A stretch of DNA of 64,000 bases from Eledone cirrhosa. Taxonomy: Eukaryota. The stretch covers positions 244,404,001-244,468,000 of the forward strand of contig OZ024743.1 in assembly GCA_964016885.1 (NCBI GenBank). Reading direction: 5' to 3'. Below the pieces are notes generated by a model. That model worked only from the letters and a program-made list of their open reading frames with translations, was not told the origin of the DNA and did not search any database. The translations under genes were made by a program, and so were the position numbers. Below, piece after piece: positions 41,193 through 55,015 of the stretch; within the stretch, counting starts at the first letter, position 1, and the number at the start of each line of letters is the position of its first letter.

Positions 41193-41697
41193 TTCAGAAA
41201 AGTTGATAATACAGCCATATAAAGGCAAAGAATTTTGCAAAGCTCAAATATGATGTTTTAGTCCACAGCAGGATAGGTAAAAGACAGTTCAAAGTTTAAT
41301 CCAATCGGTAAATTTCCAATCACAGTAGTTTTACAATATCACAGCAGGTATATAAAAGAATAAAAAATAACCAGGATAAATTAAATTAACTCATTTAATT
41401 GACGAACTTTTCGATTAACATAACAGTAATATTCATTCCTTGGAATGTATTAAATAACATTAATATTTACCAACACATGTCCAAAGACGATCATATATAT
41501 GCGAAGGCCAACGAGGAAACAAAACAGGAGAACGATACAGTGCAAAGATGAAGTACATTAGCTTAACGCTTAATAAAGTAGGAAAGAGTTTTGACGTTTG
41601 TCCTTCGTCAGTAGATAGAATGATAGTAGAGTAAATAGAAAAATAGACGAAAGTAAGAAGCGGAAGAAATAGAAAAAGATTTGCGGGAGGAAAGGAC

Positions 41698-41761
<64 letters not shown>

Positions 41762-42785
41762 TTATATAAGGAACAAGGGGCTGTGTGGTTACTTGATAAA
41801 GTGTATTTAGAAATAAAAGGAAAGCACAAACAAGGGACAGGTACCCTCTTCAGTTGTCTGGTGGCGGTCTCGGACATTTCAACGCATATATATATATATA
41901 TTAGGCAGCAGTTGTTGATTCACTCTGTTGTTGCTCCCAGTTTTCTGCAGTAATCTATTCAACTCAACGTCGTGTTTCATTTGTGTGTTTGTACTTGTGT
42001 ACATATACATGTTTATATTGTGTGTATGCCTTGGTGGTTGGGGTGTTGGCCACGTAATCATAAATTGGGAGTTCGATCCACGGACCTGAAGTGCGTTGTG
42101 TATTTGAGCAAAACATATTTCACGTTGTTCTCGTACACTCAGCCGGAAAAATTTAGTTATATCTGTAATTCAAAGGGCTCGTCATATCACCCGCTTTATT
42201 ATGCCGAATCTCCCTAAAAATTACATTAAGTGTGCACATGTCTCTGGAATGCTAAGCTACATGCACGATAATTTCAGGAGCATGCTGTTGCGATGATCAA
42301 ACGACTGAAACACTCGTTGAAACTGACGGTGATCCAACATGTGAGTGTCTATACTCGACTATGATTACCCTCAATTGTTTATCTAAGCATCTCTTCAATG
42401 ATTTATAGATAATCTTAGATTCATTGGGCTTGTCTCTTTTACATCACACCCACTTCTGATATATTTATGTCGTTATGGATTAGGTTTCTATCAGTTTGTG
42501 GGTACGAAATCTGCGTGATCAATTCAGCCCGTTCAATGTAGATTTTTCTTGATGTGATCTTCCATAATTGGCAATCCTGCAGTCTTCCTTATAGAGTAGC
42601 TCACAGTCTCTTCACAACCAAGGATCCCTTTTACTTACCTAATATAACTAGTCTCCTCTGTGACTGTTACACAACGAGAATAACAATTGAAAAAGAGACA
42701 TTTTCATACTTAGAGATGAATGGAGTCCCAATAGCGTGTGCATATCATGATATTGAAATTTTGAAATTAGCTCACTGACCAACTA

Positions 42786-42976
42786 CAGACCTGTCAATTC
42801 TCCCCGTCCGACGGGAACATCTCTCACCCACTTTGGGGTGGGTGAGAGATGTCTTCTATAGTGAAAGTATAGCATTCATTGTGTAAAATCTCCCTATTTT
42901 GACTCCTTTCTCCCCGTTTTGGAGCACTTCCTTTCATTGTACTCCCCGTTTGGGTTTTTAAAGGTTGGTAGGTCAG
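42786..42976 (+). mobile_element. CAGACCTG-TIR MITE, 6-bp TSD caacta
   Basis: TIRs and flanking duplication read directly. Confidence 0.8.
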
Positions 42977-43067
42977 CAACTAGTATTACATATAGCATGG
43001 CCGATTGGTTAAGGGGTTCACTTCACAATCATAAGGCCGGGGAGCCCATCGGATCGACGGATACACG

Positions 43068-43241
43068 CAGACCTACTAACCTCTATAAACCCAACGATGA
43101 GTACCATGAAAAGAAGTGCCCCAAAATGGGGAGATTTTACATAATGAGAGCTATACCCATTTTCACAAGAGTAAACATCTCTCACACACCCCAATGTGGG
43201 TGGAAGATCTCCCCGTCGGACGGGGAGAATTGACAGGTCTG
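43068..43241 (-). mobile_element. CAGACCTG-TIR MITE inserted in a family B SINE, 7-bp TSD atacacg
   Basis: TSD at 43061-43067 and 43242-43248. Confidence 0.85.
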
Positions 43242-44344
43242 ATACACGTGTCAACGGAATGCTTAGCCACTTGCGCACGAGCAATCTATTCCTTTGATCG
43301 AGCAACTGAAACATTAATCGTCAAAACAATTAAAGATCCATTCCTGCTCACTGTTGGAAGGACATATACACATGGACTGACATTCACGCACACACTTACA
43401 CAGACACCAGGAAGAAGATACTATATTTTGGCAATGAGTATTCACTTGTTCAATATACTTGCCTATGTGTTTCAGCATGTGTGTGTGCGTATGCATGTGT
43501 AAGTGTACACACGCGCCCCTACTCACGTGAGTGTGTGTAAGTATGCATATGTGTCCGTATATGTATCTGTGTGTGTGTACACACGAGTCCGTATACACGT
43601 GTGTTTATATGTATGCTGTCTAGTTATATACACGTGTGTGTGTAAGTGTACATACATGTGTATATGTATATGTGTGTAAGTGTACATACATGTATGAGCA
43701 TGTGTATGTTTGTATAAGTGTAATCACGTGTCAATATACACGTGTGTGTGTGTGTGCGCGCTATCATGGTGGTATAAAGTTCTTGCGCTTCACAACTTGT
43801 AGTTGTCAGCAATCTCTATTCTAATCGAGTTGGCGTCTACAGTACTGATGTTCTCGTGCGTTCAAATTTCTGTGGAATTTGTTCAACCTATATTGTATTA
43901 TGTCAGCAACGTTTAGGCATGAATATCACAACTTTCCACTTTAATTCCTCTCTACAAATAAGATTCACTCTCAAGCTGTACATTATTATTATTATTATTA
44001 TTATCATTATTAATATTATTATTATTATCTTTGTTGAGTCTCTTGAGACATGTTACACATAGCTCCGTAAGTTTTGTTGATTTTCACGTTTTTGCATAAC
44101 ATTCATTGTTATAATTGTTGTTACAAACTGATAATAGGGCACCACAGAGAAAGCGATCCCATAATATTTGGGCCTTCTCTACTGTTAGTTGTCACGTGAT
44201 AACGACTCACTTTCGAAACAACCTCATCACTACCAACCTCACAACTATTACTACAGGCAACAAGGCCACCGTCTTTAGGCGTCGATGAAATCGAACTGAC
44301 CAGTCTGTTCCGGAGGAATTTCGTGTCGTGGACTATGGATGACC

Positions 44345-44992
44345 CCCAAAATTTCTTCACTTGGCAGTGCTACCGGGGGGGGGGGGGGAGTCAGACGGAC
44401 CTATCCGAGATGCGCGCATAGCGACAAAACCGTTCTACACGCACTCGTCCAGTGTCCGTGCATTGCTGACTTGTGGGGTTATGTCAAACAACTGTTGTTG
44501 CATGTGGGACGGATCCAGCTATCGACCGAGTCCTTCTTTTGGCCGGGAAGGGCAGGCAGTTTTTCTCTGTCTGGAGGCTGTAGCGAAAGCGGTTGTGTGG
44601 TGGACGAAGCTGGAAGGATTAAAGATAGAAACTTTTCTCTTCGGCTAATCCCTCATCAACTTTCTCAATTTTCACTTGGAAAAGAAGGTGGGAGTGGAAA
44701 GGGAAGGCCCCCTCCCCCCAATCCCTCAATAGATTTGCTAAAAGGTGGATGAATGTGGCAAGGCTGGCTGATTTGGAGAGGAGACCTCTTCGGGTGCGCT
44801 CGGAGCGTCAGGTGCTTCAGAATAGGTGGGGCTCCTGAGTCGCCTCTGGTGGTCCTTCCCTTATTGAGAAATTTGTATTCTTATAATTATATTGTTTATT
44901 GTTATTGTTTTCCTCGATTTCATTGTAAACCTCCACTGTCCATATCTATTGTATTGTCTCCTATATGTCGATCCTAGCGGCCAATACAGAAA
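44345..44992 (+). mobile_element. Tx1/L1-clade LINE 3' end (CCHC zinc knuckle region plus 3' UTR)
   Basis: YPRCAHSDKTVLHALVQCPCIADLW (degenerate CxxC...ETxxH...C), then AVAKAVVWWT and FAKRW motifs in shifting frames. Confidence 0.75.
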
Positions 44993-44994
44993 TT

Positions 44995-45214
44995 GTGGAT
45001 TGGCAGTATTGGTAAAGCGTTGGACACCATGCTTTATGAAATAGGGTTACATCCCTTTACGATCTGAGTTCAAATTCCGCCACGGTTAGCTTTGTCTTTT
45101 ATCCTTACGGTGTCGATAAAATAAAGTACCCGTAATGCCCTGGGTCGATTTAGTCGACTTTCCCCTCACCCACCAAAATTGCTGGCCTTGTGCCTAAAGT
45201 AGAAACAATTATTA
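44995..45214 (+). mobile_element. Family A SINE
   Basis: A box, B box, core and tail are all present. Confidence 0.85.
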
Positions 45215-46442
45215 TAGCGGTGGACTAATTGAGCCGTTGATGCGTTGGACAAATGTTAGCAGTATTTGTTGTTGATCCTTACATTCTGAGATCAAATCTC
45301 GCCTTCATCTCCCCACAAATTGCTGGCCTTGTGCCTAATTTAGAAATTTTTATTGTTATCATTATCAGAGTTGTGGATTAATGTGGAATTGGAAGAACGT
45401 CTGATAAGAGATGTCATGTATAATTTAGATACCTTTCCTTGCCTTCTGGTGTCCACTGATAAAATAAATCACCAGTCAGTTACTGGTATCGATATAATTG
45501 ACTATACCCTCTCCATAAACATGTGTACCATTTACTTATGTTAAAAACAACCGTTGTTGTTGTTGCTGTTGGTGGTAAAGGTGGTGGTGGTGGTGGTGGT
45601 ATTGTGGAATTAGTCAAACACCTAAAGATATGTTGCTGAACCGTCAATTCTACAGGTGTGTTTAACAAGCATGTTTGTTTATTTTACCACACTTCCACCA
45701 TTTGACCTTTGTCTTACTTTCTGACCTCTGCAATAACCACGCTTCGTACTGTTATTTCACACCAGTCCTACTATTTTAACGTATGCAGTAATTAACATCT
45801 GCACTTTGCCATTTGACCTGTCCTAGTATTTGACCTCAACCGATAATCACTTCAGTACTACGATCGAAAAACTGTAGTTGTTGACCTCACTACTGCTATT
45901 ATGACCTCCTTCCTACTATTTCACCTACGAGGAAACTGTCATTATTTAACTTTCAATACTCCTCCTATCATTGAGTCAGTAATTTTCAGCTGTACCATTT
46001 CTTATTATCAATTGCTCTACAAGAAATAATTTGTTCAGAAGTCAGCTTTACGGCTCATTGGTCTTGGAAAAGATAGGTTCCAAACAAGGCATTGTACTTA
46101 AATAAGCGATCACTTTTACCATATATTGTTGATGGTCATCATTCTTATAAGCCACTTAGTCATCATGGTTGCACCATTGAAGGTTTCAGCTTAACATAAT
46201 TGTTGACTACATATTTACACAAGTTGTTATTTAGCCCCAGATTCACCATAACATCAAAAGCGTTACACATATGACTACCTCGTATTTTGTAATTTCAGAC
46301 ACTGTATATTTAATACTATATTATCCAACATAATCTCAGATATCTTTTTTAAGCGTGCAGTTTAAGGGGAATGTGGTAGCCATTTCTAAGTAGACCTATC
46401 AGTTAGTTGCTTCGTATCTCTGCAATATATCTCTTCGTATAT

Positions 46443-46504
<62 letters not shown>

Positions 46505-48076
46505 AAGGGATCGGTTTTTACAAAACAAATTTAAAAAATGTGAAACATGTTTGTGTGTGCGTGTGTAGAAGTCTATGAAGAGACCATCAACTTAGTCGCT
46601 CAACTTACGAGAAATAAAACTAGTACTTAACTGGTACTTTATTTTATCTACCCACAAGGAGATTCAGAACGCAAAAAGGCACAACTAAATACCAAAAGTC
46701 ATTTTGTTTGACACTACCTTTTCTGCCAGTTGAACACCTGTTACCTTCAGCATTCTAATGGTTCCGGCGGTAACTTGTCAAAGGATATGGACATTCAAGC
46801 CAAAAAGGCCAACAGAACTGATATATTTCTTTGTTACTTTGGAGTTGTAATTGTTTGGCAAAGGACGGAATCTGAACTGTATTTTTAAAACTAAAACAAT
46901 TACATCGTAGAAGAGTAATTTTAGACATTAAACAATCAGGCGTGTATACGCAGACATTCATCACAGACTCTCTATTTTCACAATTGATCAGCCATGTTTT
47001 ACATTCCACTATCAATGAATATTTATTCACTGGTATTACGTGGTGAATTTATATTGTAAATGTTAACCCTTTAGTTGTATACCATATCTGTCTGGCCTCT
47101 TCGTTGGATTATTATCATACATGTTCTATTTTGTGATACAGTATTACACACAAAGCTCTTATATTCACTTTCCATTTATTTTATGAAAATAATATAACGG
47201 CTTTTGTTTTGCGTTATTTTCATAGCTAAAATGACACTTCTTCTACGTAATTGATTGTCACTTTGAAAATTAGAAATCTACACTAATGTTTTAACACTTT
47301 CATTACCATATATTTAAATGATAATTTTGAAAATAAACAAGAATTTGGAGGCATTTAGTCAAATAATAACTTTCTTATTATTAAATTTGTGTTTAAAGCA
47401 TGACAAAGTTCTTAATAAAACATAACAAAGATCCTTAAATAGATAAATATAAACACTTCAAAACAAATGCTTTTGGCTCGTAGAACCAGAGGGCAGTTTC
47501 CGGTGGTTCGCTATCAAGAGAGTTAAAACACCCGTTAGAAACCCATAGTGGTCACTTGTTAATGAATAACTATGTGATCAAACTATAACTATTTATGCTT
47601 CCTTATTGTAATAAAAGTAATAAAAGGCGCCTTCAGTTTGGTTTGGTTTTTGAGTGTGTTCACATTGCTTATAATAGAATAAAGATTAAGTGTTATAAAA
47701 AAAACATCACCCCACCAGCAAGTCAACGAAGTAGACATAAAGTACTTAACTAAAGACTCCTATTGGCTTGACATCTCTAAGAGGATGTAATTCGTGCTTC
47801 CTCTTTAGTGGAATCGGTTGAAAGTAAGGGAGAGAGAAAGAGGTCAACAAGCATGATGATTGGGGGTCGAAAGTGATTGACCTTCAAGTGGTCATCGTTG
47901 TGGGAGATATTTAACATCAATAGACTGATATCTGTGTATGTGTGTGTAGCCAGTTGACAGTCGTGAGAAGTCTGGTGATAGTAGGTTACCCAAGCAGTAT
48001 GATAGTCCTTTCTTTGTGGTTATTTAGATTCAAATAAAAATTTGAATATTTATTTATAGTCAACAATCTATCCTCA

Positions 48077-48143
<67 letters not shown>

Positions 48144-49912
48144 TTAACAAGCTTGAAACTAATAAGGAAGGCTTTGCATAATTGTATCTCTGTGTTTGTC
48201 TCTTTTAATCTTAAACTATATGCATACATAAAACGTGTGTATATGAAAGCATATACGATATGTTTATATATAATAAATACACATGAGTCTCGCTCGTACG
48301 AGAATACCAGACAGCTGCTTCTGGATTATTATCCTTCAGCGGAAACCTTTACTCCCTCGTATAAAACATCGGCTCATTTGCATATAGTGCGAAGTTGACT
48401 GGCTAGGTTTAATTAGCAGTAGCATTCATTTAAATCAATTACAGTAATGTTTTTTCATATTGTTTTTTCATATTGTTTTTTAAATCATTATCAAACATAT
48501 ATCCGCTTTGTTCCAATATTTTACGTTTGTAAACAAAATCACGGGTGCAATCACAACATCTGTATATGTACATAAAAGCAAACACACACACACACATATA
48601 TACACACACGACGTGTTTCTGCGGTGTCCGCCCTTAAAATGTCACTTCTAAGGTAGTGGTCAACCCAGGAATATAGTAGCAGACATTTGCCCAAACTGCC
48701 ATGCAGCGGGAATTTACCCGAAACCTCATGGTTGCGAAGCGAACTCCTTGACCACAAGGCCATGTCTGTTTCAATTAGAAAATTTATTTTAAAGTACCAT
48801 AGTTACACTGTTATCACCAATCTATCAGTTATCGAAGAATGCAAACAAAATCAGGAAATTGGTGAAATTTTTTTTATTTGAAACCAATATGTGGGTGGCC
48901 GGAAATAACAACTGATATCTTATGGATGTGAAGGTCTTCGAAAGGTCAGATATGTTAAGAAGTTCACTTCGCAGTCATACGGTACCGAGTTCGATCCTCT
49001 GTTTGGATGCCAGTTCAATTGATAATTTTTTTTCAACTTCAAAGAAAGGAAAGGCCTCCCTTTGATCATGACTGGCTCTGGTGTTTTGTTTCCATGTTTA
49101 ACTGAATAAGGGTTTGCCCCTCCGAGGCACAAGTCTGAGCATGGTGTTTTTGCAGAAGACCATCAGTGATCTATACATGCCAATCTCTCCTCTTCATCAC
49201 ATCGATGTTGTCTAAGAGAAAGGTAAATGCTTATACAGCCGGGCATCACTGTCGGTGCAACTTATCTTTTTTTCCCAGCTGGGTGGATTACACCAACACA
49301 AGTGTCTTGCTCAAAGACAGATCGCCTCTCTAGTCCGGGAATCGAACTCTCTCTCTCTCTGATGATCGCGAGCCCAGTAAACTAACCTCTAAGTCATCAT
49401 ATTTTCTAAACTAACTTCTAATCCATCATATTTTCTACTATAACACAAGTGATATAGAGTTTTAGAGCGAAACATCGAAATATTGTTCATGCCTTCACAG
49501 TAGGCGTGAAACATTAACATTACTGGAGAACAAATACCAAATCTAAAATTAAATTTCGAAAGTTTTATTATTCCTTTATTTATAAAGGATTCATTAAATG
49601 GATAAAAAGGTTTCAAAGCAGTAAAAGATAACCTTGTGATAACCCGCCCGACCCATATTGATGACCTAAAATAGAATAGGGAATAACGACCTGCAATTGC
49701 AAATAAAAACTCGAAATAGATTTTGCTGTTTGTCACAACACACATGTACTCACTAGGATGCCATCTCATACGAACATCTGTCCGAAGTAACATTAAGATA
49801 TGTTTGGTCGGTAATTAATCAACTCCTTAGCAGAGATTTACCAGCTCTATATTGATAACACCAGGAAAGTTTGAGTTTCTTTTTCTTCCCCCCTTTTTTT
49901 TTTCTTATCTGG

Positions 49913-49947
<35 letters not shown>

Positions 49948-50444
49948 CCGCGTGACTTAATTACGATATACGGGCCTCTGAAATTATAGGTGAACTAACT
50001 AGCGAAGCGACCAAAATGGCTTATCCAGCTCTGCCAGCAGCTACCGCCACTAAATGAAGTCATTACTGCACCTTGGTGACTAATTACAGACAGGGACTTC
50101 TCTGCGCCCCTCTACCTTCTTTAACTCCCTCTCTACCTCTCTTGCTTTCACTTCATCATCATCATCATCATCAAACGTCTAGAAATAATATGGAATGGCT
50201 CATCAAAGAAGCTGTTCCTAACTTAATGCTTGTCTTACACTTAAAATAACTGACTTCAGTGGAAATAATATCAAATAATAGCAATGTTCTATAACGGCAC
50301 TGGCCTGTTAATATAACAAGATCCCACTAAATATTTAGCTATTAGACCCTGACACTTTGAAATATTTATTTACAGGGACATGCTAAATATTTATCTTATT
50401 CGTTTTAATATTTTTATTTATAATTTTTAACCTGAATAATTTCG

Positions 50445-50593
50445 CAGATCTGTCAACACTCCCCGTCCGACGAGGAGACCCCCCCCCCCCCACCCCACAC
50501 ACTTGTGAAATTGGGTATAGCATTCATTATGTAAAATCTCCCCATTTTGCCTCATTTCTCCCCGTTTTGGGGTTTTAGAGGTTGGCATGTCTG
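50445..50593 (+). mobile_element. CAGACCTG-TIR MITE copy (internally deleted)
   Basis: cagatctgtcaac ... gttggcatgtctg. Confidence 0.75.
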
Positions 50594-51115
50594 GTAATAT
50601 TTCATCCCATTTTTCTTATCTCGTCGTATGTAAAGATCTACACACCAAGAATAACTAGTAATGAGTTCGACACCAAATTAAACAGAACGGAAACACAAGG
50701 TCATGCATCCACCGATCCAGTACTTATCGACATTGGCGGGATTTGAACACATAACGTAAAAGATTGTAATTAAATACCATATGGTATCTAATTAGCTGCT
50801 CTTACTGGTTCTGATCATTTGCCGTCCTAAAATGTTCAATATTAATTAGAGTGTTTGTCGTTAATATATGTGTATATAATTTGTTTGATGGGAATGTGCT
50901 GCTTCTTTGAAGTAAGCGTGTCTAAACTATAAAAAGCAAATATTGTGGGTGCATATGTATATATGTTTGTATTTATGGATATGTACACACACACACTTAT
51001 AGAAATATATATATATATATATATATATAAGTAGAAGTGGTATTTAATTTGTTGGAAGTCCGACAGATATAAAAGTTTATAACTGATTTAGAGCACTCAA
51101 CAAGTTACTGGAGTA

Positions 51116-51423
51116 AATGATATTAAATAAATGGAAACTATATTTATAAAACTATATTTATTTTATTATATATATTTCAAGGGCAACCAAGACAACATTG
51201 GTACGCTTCCATCAGATAAAATACAAAGTTTGTTTTATAAATAGAGACATACCCAAGAAAATCCAGTCAATTTCCAACCGATAAGGTATGATTTTCTTGG
51301 GTATGTCTCTATTTATAAAACAAACTTTGTATTTTATCTGATGAAAGCGTACCAATGTTGTCTTGGATGCCCTTGAAATATATATAATAAAATAAATATA
51401 GCTTCCATTTATTTAATATCATT
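51116..51423. mobile_element. Head-to-head inverted H2 hammerhead element with 26-bp spacer
   Basis: The + HHR at 51332-51392 (CUGAUGA...GAA-AUAUAUAU-A) is intact; the - HHR at 51161-51221 has CUGAUGG. Flanked by (TA)n on both sides. Confidence 0.85.
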
Positions 51424-51424
51424 G

Positions 51425-51474
<50 letters not shown>

Positions 51475-51635
51475 ATAACGTAAGTAGTAAGTTGAGAGAT
51501 CAAATTCCATGTACTTATATCTTAATAAAATGAAACAAAATTAACTATCCCTATTTGTTACTTTTATTCAGTTGTGGAAACGTGCGTAAGAAACGTTGTG
51601 GATTCTGTCTAAACCTTTCGTTGGATTATTAGTTA

Positions 51636-51713
<78 letters not shown>

Positions 51714-51749
51714 TAAGTAATAATCCAACCATATATATATATATATATT

Positions 51750-52389
51750 ACCCGCGCCTTGCTGCGTTTCACACATTTTTTTTGTAAGAAAATGATGATT
51801 GATTTTAAATCAGTGATATAATTTATGGAGAAAAACTCTGCATTTGAATATTACTCAATGTAAAATGTAATGCATGAAAAATTGGAAAACATTTTTTGTA
51901 ATATCAAAGTTACATTATTAAATCTTATTTTTATTTTGTTTCTTGTAAATAATTTTTTCAAAATATGAATTCAAAACTTTTGTGAATAGGTATCATATCT
52001 TGTCATTTACCTATTGTTTAAATTTCATATAAAGCGAAGGGAAAACATTTTCAGCGGGGGTTTGTGCCTCCGGGGAACCCTAATAGGGAGTTTAACCCCC
52101 ATTAGGGTTTATTAATATTATTGAAACTTGCTGAAATTTTGTGAATGGGCATCATATTTTGTCATTTACCTATGGTTTAAATTTCATATAAATCGAATGG
52201 AAAAAATGTTCAGCGGGGGTTTGAGCCTCCGGGGAACCCTTTGATTAAAATGAAATATACGTAAGAAATCAATTGGTCATGAGCCCCACACACGTGTCAA
52301 GTTTCATCAAGATCGGTTAGGTAGTTTTTGAGTTTTAGGTTCACAAACAAACAGTCACAAACAGACAGAAATTGCCATTTATATATATG
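51750..52389 (+). mobile_element. Non-autonomous Helitron/DINE-1-like element with an internal duplication of about 108 bp (offset about 159 bp)
   Basis: acccgcgccttgctgcg head; aagtttcatcaagatcggttaggtagtttt...caaacaaacagtcacaaacagacaga...atttatatatat end. Confidence 0.65.
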
Positions 52390-53065
52390 TATATATATAT
52401 ATATGAAATCATGTTAGTTTAAAGTTAACTGCTTCATCGCAAGTTTTTGCCTATGATATGAAAAATGTCGGTTTCTTTGGTCAAGTTGTGATATTTCTCT
52501 ACAGAGCATTGTTGGCATTATCTATTCCATTTAAGTAGAGCATACCGAGTTTGATGCTATATCAGTTGGTGTCGAAAAGGTCAATTACATCTTTTTTCAA
52601 GTCCTTTATAAATATATATATATGTGTGTGTGTATGTGTGAATGCATGTATATAATGAAGTAAAATGCAATACTTCAGCACATTTTATTTATGCGTAATA
52701 GCTGCCATACGTATTTCTATAGTATTTGTTACGTAATTTTAAACTGTCAGAAAATATTTCATCAGATAGTTCTCATCAGTATAAATTTTAGTGATGTAAT
52801 TTGGTGGTATATCGACCAGGATATTTTTGTTATTGATTCTCCACTACCTGATTGATATATTTACAGGCATGCGTGATTAACACCACATAACCACATTATG
52901 TATGCATGAGTGTTATTTGATCTTAACTCTCTATTTTCTTTTTGATCTGGAAAATCATGATCTGGAAAATCATGGTTCACAACTGAAGTGTTCTCTTTTC
53001 TTAATGAACTTCCATATGAAAATATAATCCTGTCTTCCAATATAATTCTAGCACATGTGTGCTGC

Positions 53066-53113
<48 letters not shown>

Positions 53114-53313
53114 GAGTCGGTGATAGAAAACGATCAAGTGAAGGTGCTATGGGATTTCAGGATACAGACAGACAAGAAATTAGAACACAATAGGCCTGAC
53201 CTGGTGGTTTTTGACAAGGAAAAAAGATCGTGCCTGGTTATAGATGTAGCCTGCCCCTTTGACACAAGAGTGCAAGAAAAGGAGAATAGGAAAATTAACC
53301 GATACCAGAATTT
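53114..53313 (+). mobile_element. R4/Dong-clade non-LTR retrotransposon fragment (restriction-like endonuclease) abutting (TAA)16
   Basis: ESVIENDQVKVLWDFRIQTDKKLEHNRPDLVVFDK...IDVACPFD...KENRKINRYQNL, showing the RPD/ID/K..Y RLE motifs. (TAA)n at 53066-53113. Confidence 0.85.
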
Positions 53314-53643
53314 AATGGAGGAGCGTTCGAGGTTTGCGACAGAAATCTTTCATCAAAAAAATTCGGATAAGGAGAGAACAGGTAGATGAGTGGTGTGTGA
53401 GAGTTGGGAAAGGAAGTTAGGGAAAGGGTGTTGGAAGGAGAGTGATAGGTTGGGAGGGGTAGGCGAAGGGGTGAAATTGATAGATGTACATTGCTTCAAT
53501 CTCTCTCTGTGTGTAAACACGTGGGTGTCTCAGAGTCTTATATAGTTGGTGCGTGTGTGTTTATGTTTGGGCATGTCTGTGTACGTGTTTGTCGGATGAA
53601 AGAGTGTGTGCGTTTGTGTGTGTGTCTGTGTGCATTTTTATGA

Positions 53644-53945
53644 GTGGGCCGAATTTAATGGGAGGTAATTGCCCGGGCCCCCTGCAGTGGAGGCCCCGCC
53701 AGCGACGGCCGTAGAAATTGATTTGTGCCCTTATCTGCACCTTTTAGTTTTAGGAGAGTTAGAATTTTTGAATTTAATACCTGTATGTATAACCTTTCAA
53801 TTCCAGTTACTTGCTCAAAGCTAACTTTGATATGTAAAATTGGGGGGTTTGTTGTGTATTCTATTTTTTTTTTTTTGTGTATGTGTATAAGGAGCCCCCC
53901 AAACTTGAAGCGTCCCGAGCCCCCCAAGATCTAAATTCAACCCTG
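53644..53945. mobile_element. Decayed hAT-like MITE
   Basis: Imperfect TIR gggccgaattta and taaattcaaccctg with subterminal ggccccc repeats. No clear TSD. Confidence 0.45.
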
Positions 53946-55015
53946 TGTAAGTGTGTATGTTTGTATCCACGTGACCGCTGTAGTTGTGTTTGGTCAGTAG
54001 CGGAAAGATGTTATGTACATGTGTGTGAGGGTGGATGGATGTGTATATATTTATGTATGGGTATATATAATATACATTATATAATTGGTTATATAATGAG
54101 ACAAGCTATTGATTGCAAGATTGGAAGAACTTGGCCCCAGTCTTTCTCATTTCACGACATTATAGCGCTCTATACTTATTATTTCTTAATTCTACCTAAA
54201 TCCTTATCAATTATATACATATATATATCTATGTTTTTGTTATATTTTTCTTTAGTTAAAATTCCACGAAAAATATGGACGGATGTTCAGGTTAAACTTT
54301 GGCCCACATATGAATGTGAGCCTCGCAGACCCAGACTTAGTGGAAGAATTCATGCGAAATGAAGGGAAACATCCAAATAGGCCGCCGTATCAGAGCTGGG
54401 TGCTTTATAAAGAATTAAGAAAGAAAGAAACGGGTTTAATGACGGCGTAAGTAAGAATTATGCTCATTATCATCATCCTCATTATTATTATTATTATTGT
54501 TCTTATTATTATTATCATCATTGAAAATTGCCGCGGACATACGTGTCTTCGCTATTCTCCAAGGATCTTGGATTTTTACTTATTGCGACGGAAAAAAACG
54601 CAACTAAATTTGAACGTAAGTGTATGAAGAACAAACAAAACATAAAAAGATTCCTAATTTAATTTCGCATCAAGACTCAGATACCGTTCATGATGAGAAT
54701 AATAATATATAAATTTTTGAAATCGTTATTTCGAATGATACTGTTAACAACAGCAAATACATACATTTTGCCAAACGAAGAAAACAGACGCAATTTAATG
54801 AGTGAAAGTGTTATTTTAAGCAACACGGTCGGGTTAGCAGTTCTTTCATTTGCACTAATAGCAAAGGATAGGAAACGAACATGAAAGACCGGGTAGAGAA
54901 AAGAAACGAAATTGGTCGTGCTCTGCTCTTTCGTGATCGGTGTTTTCCAATATCTGGATGTGGAATAAATAGCAACGAAAGGAATCAGTGTCACAGTGGG
55001 ATCTATAAAATCTAT

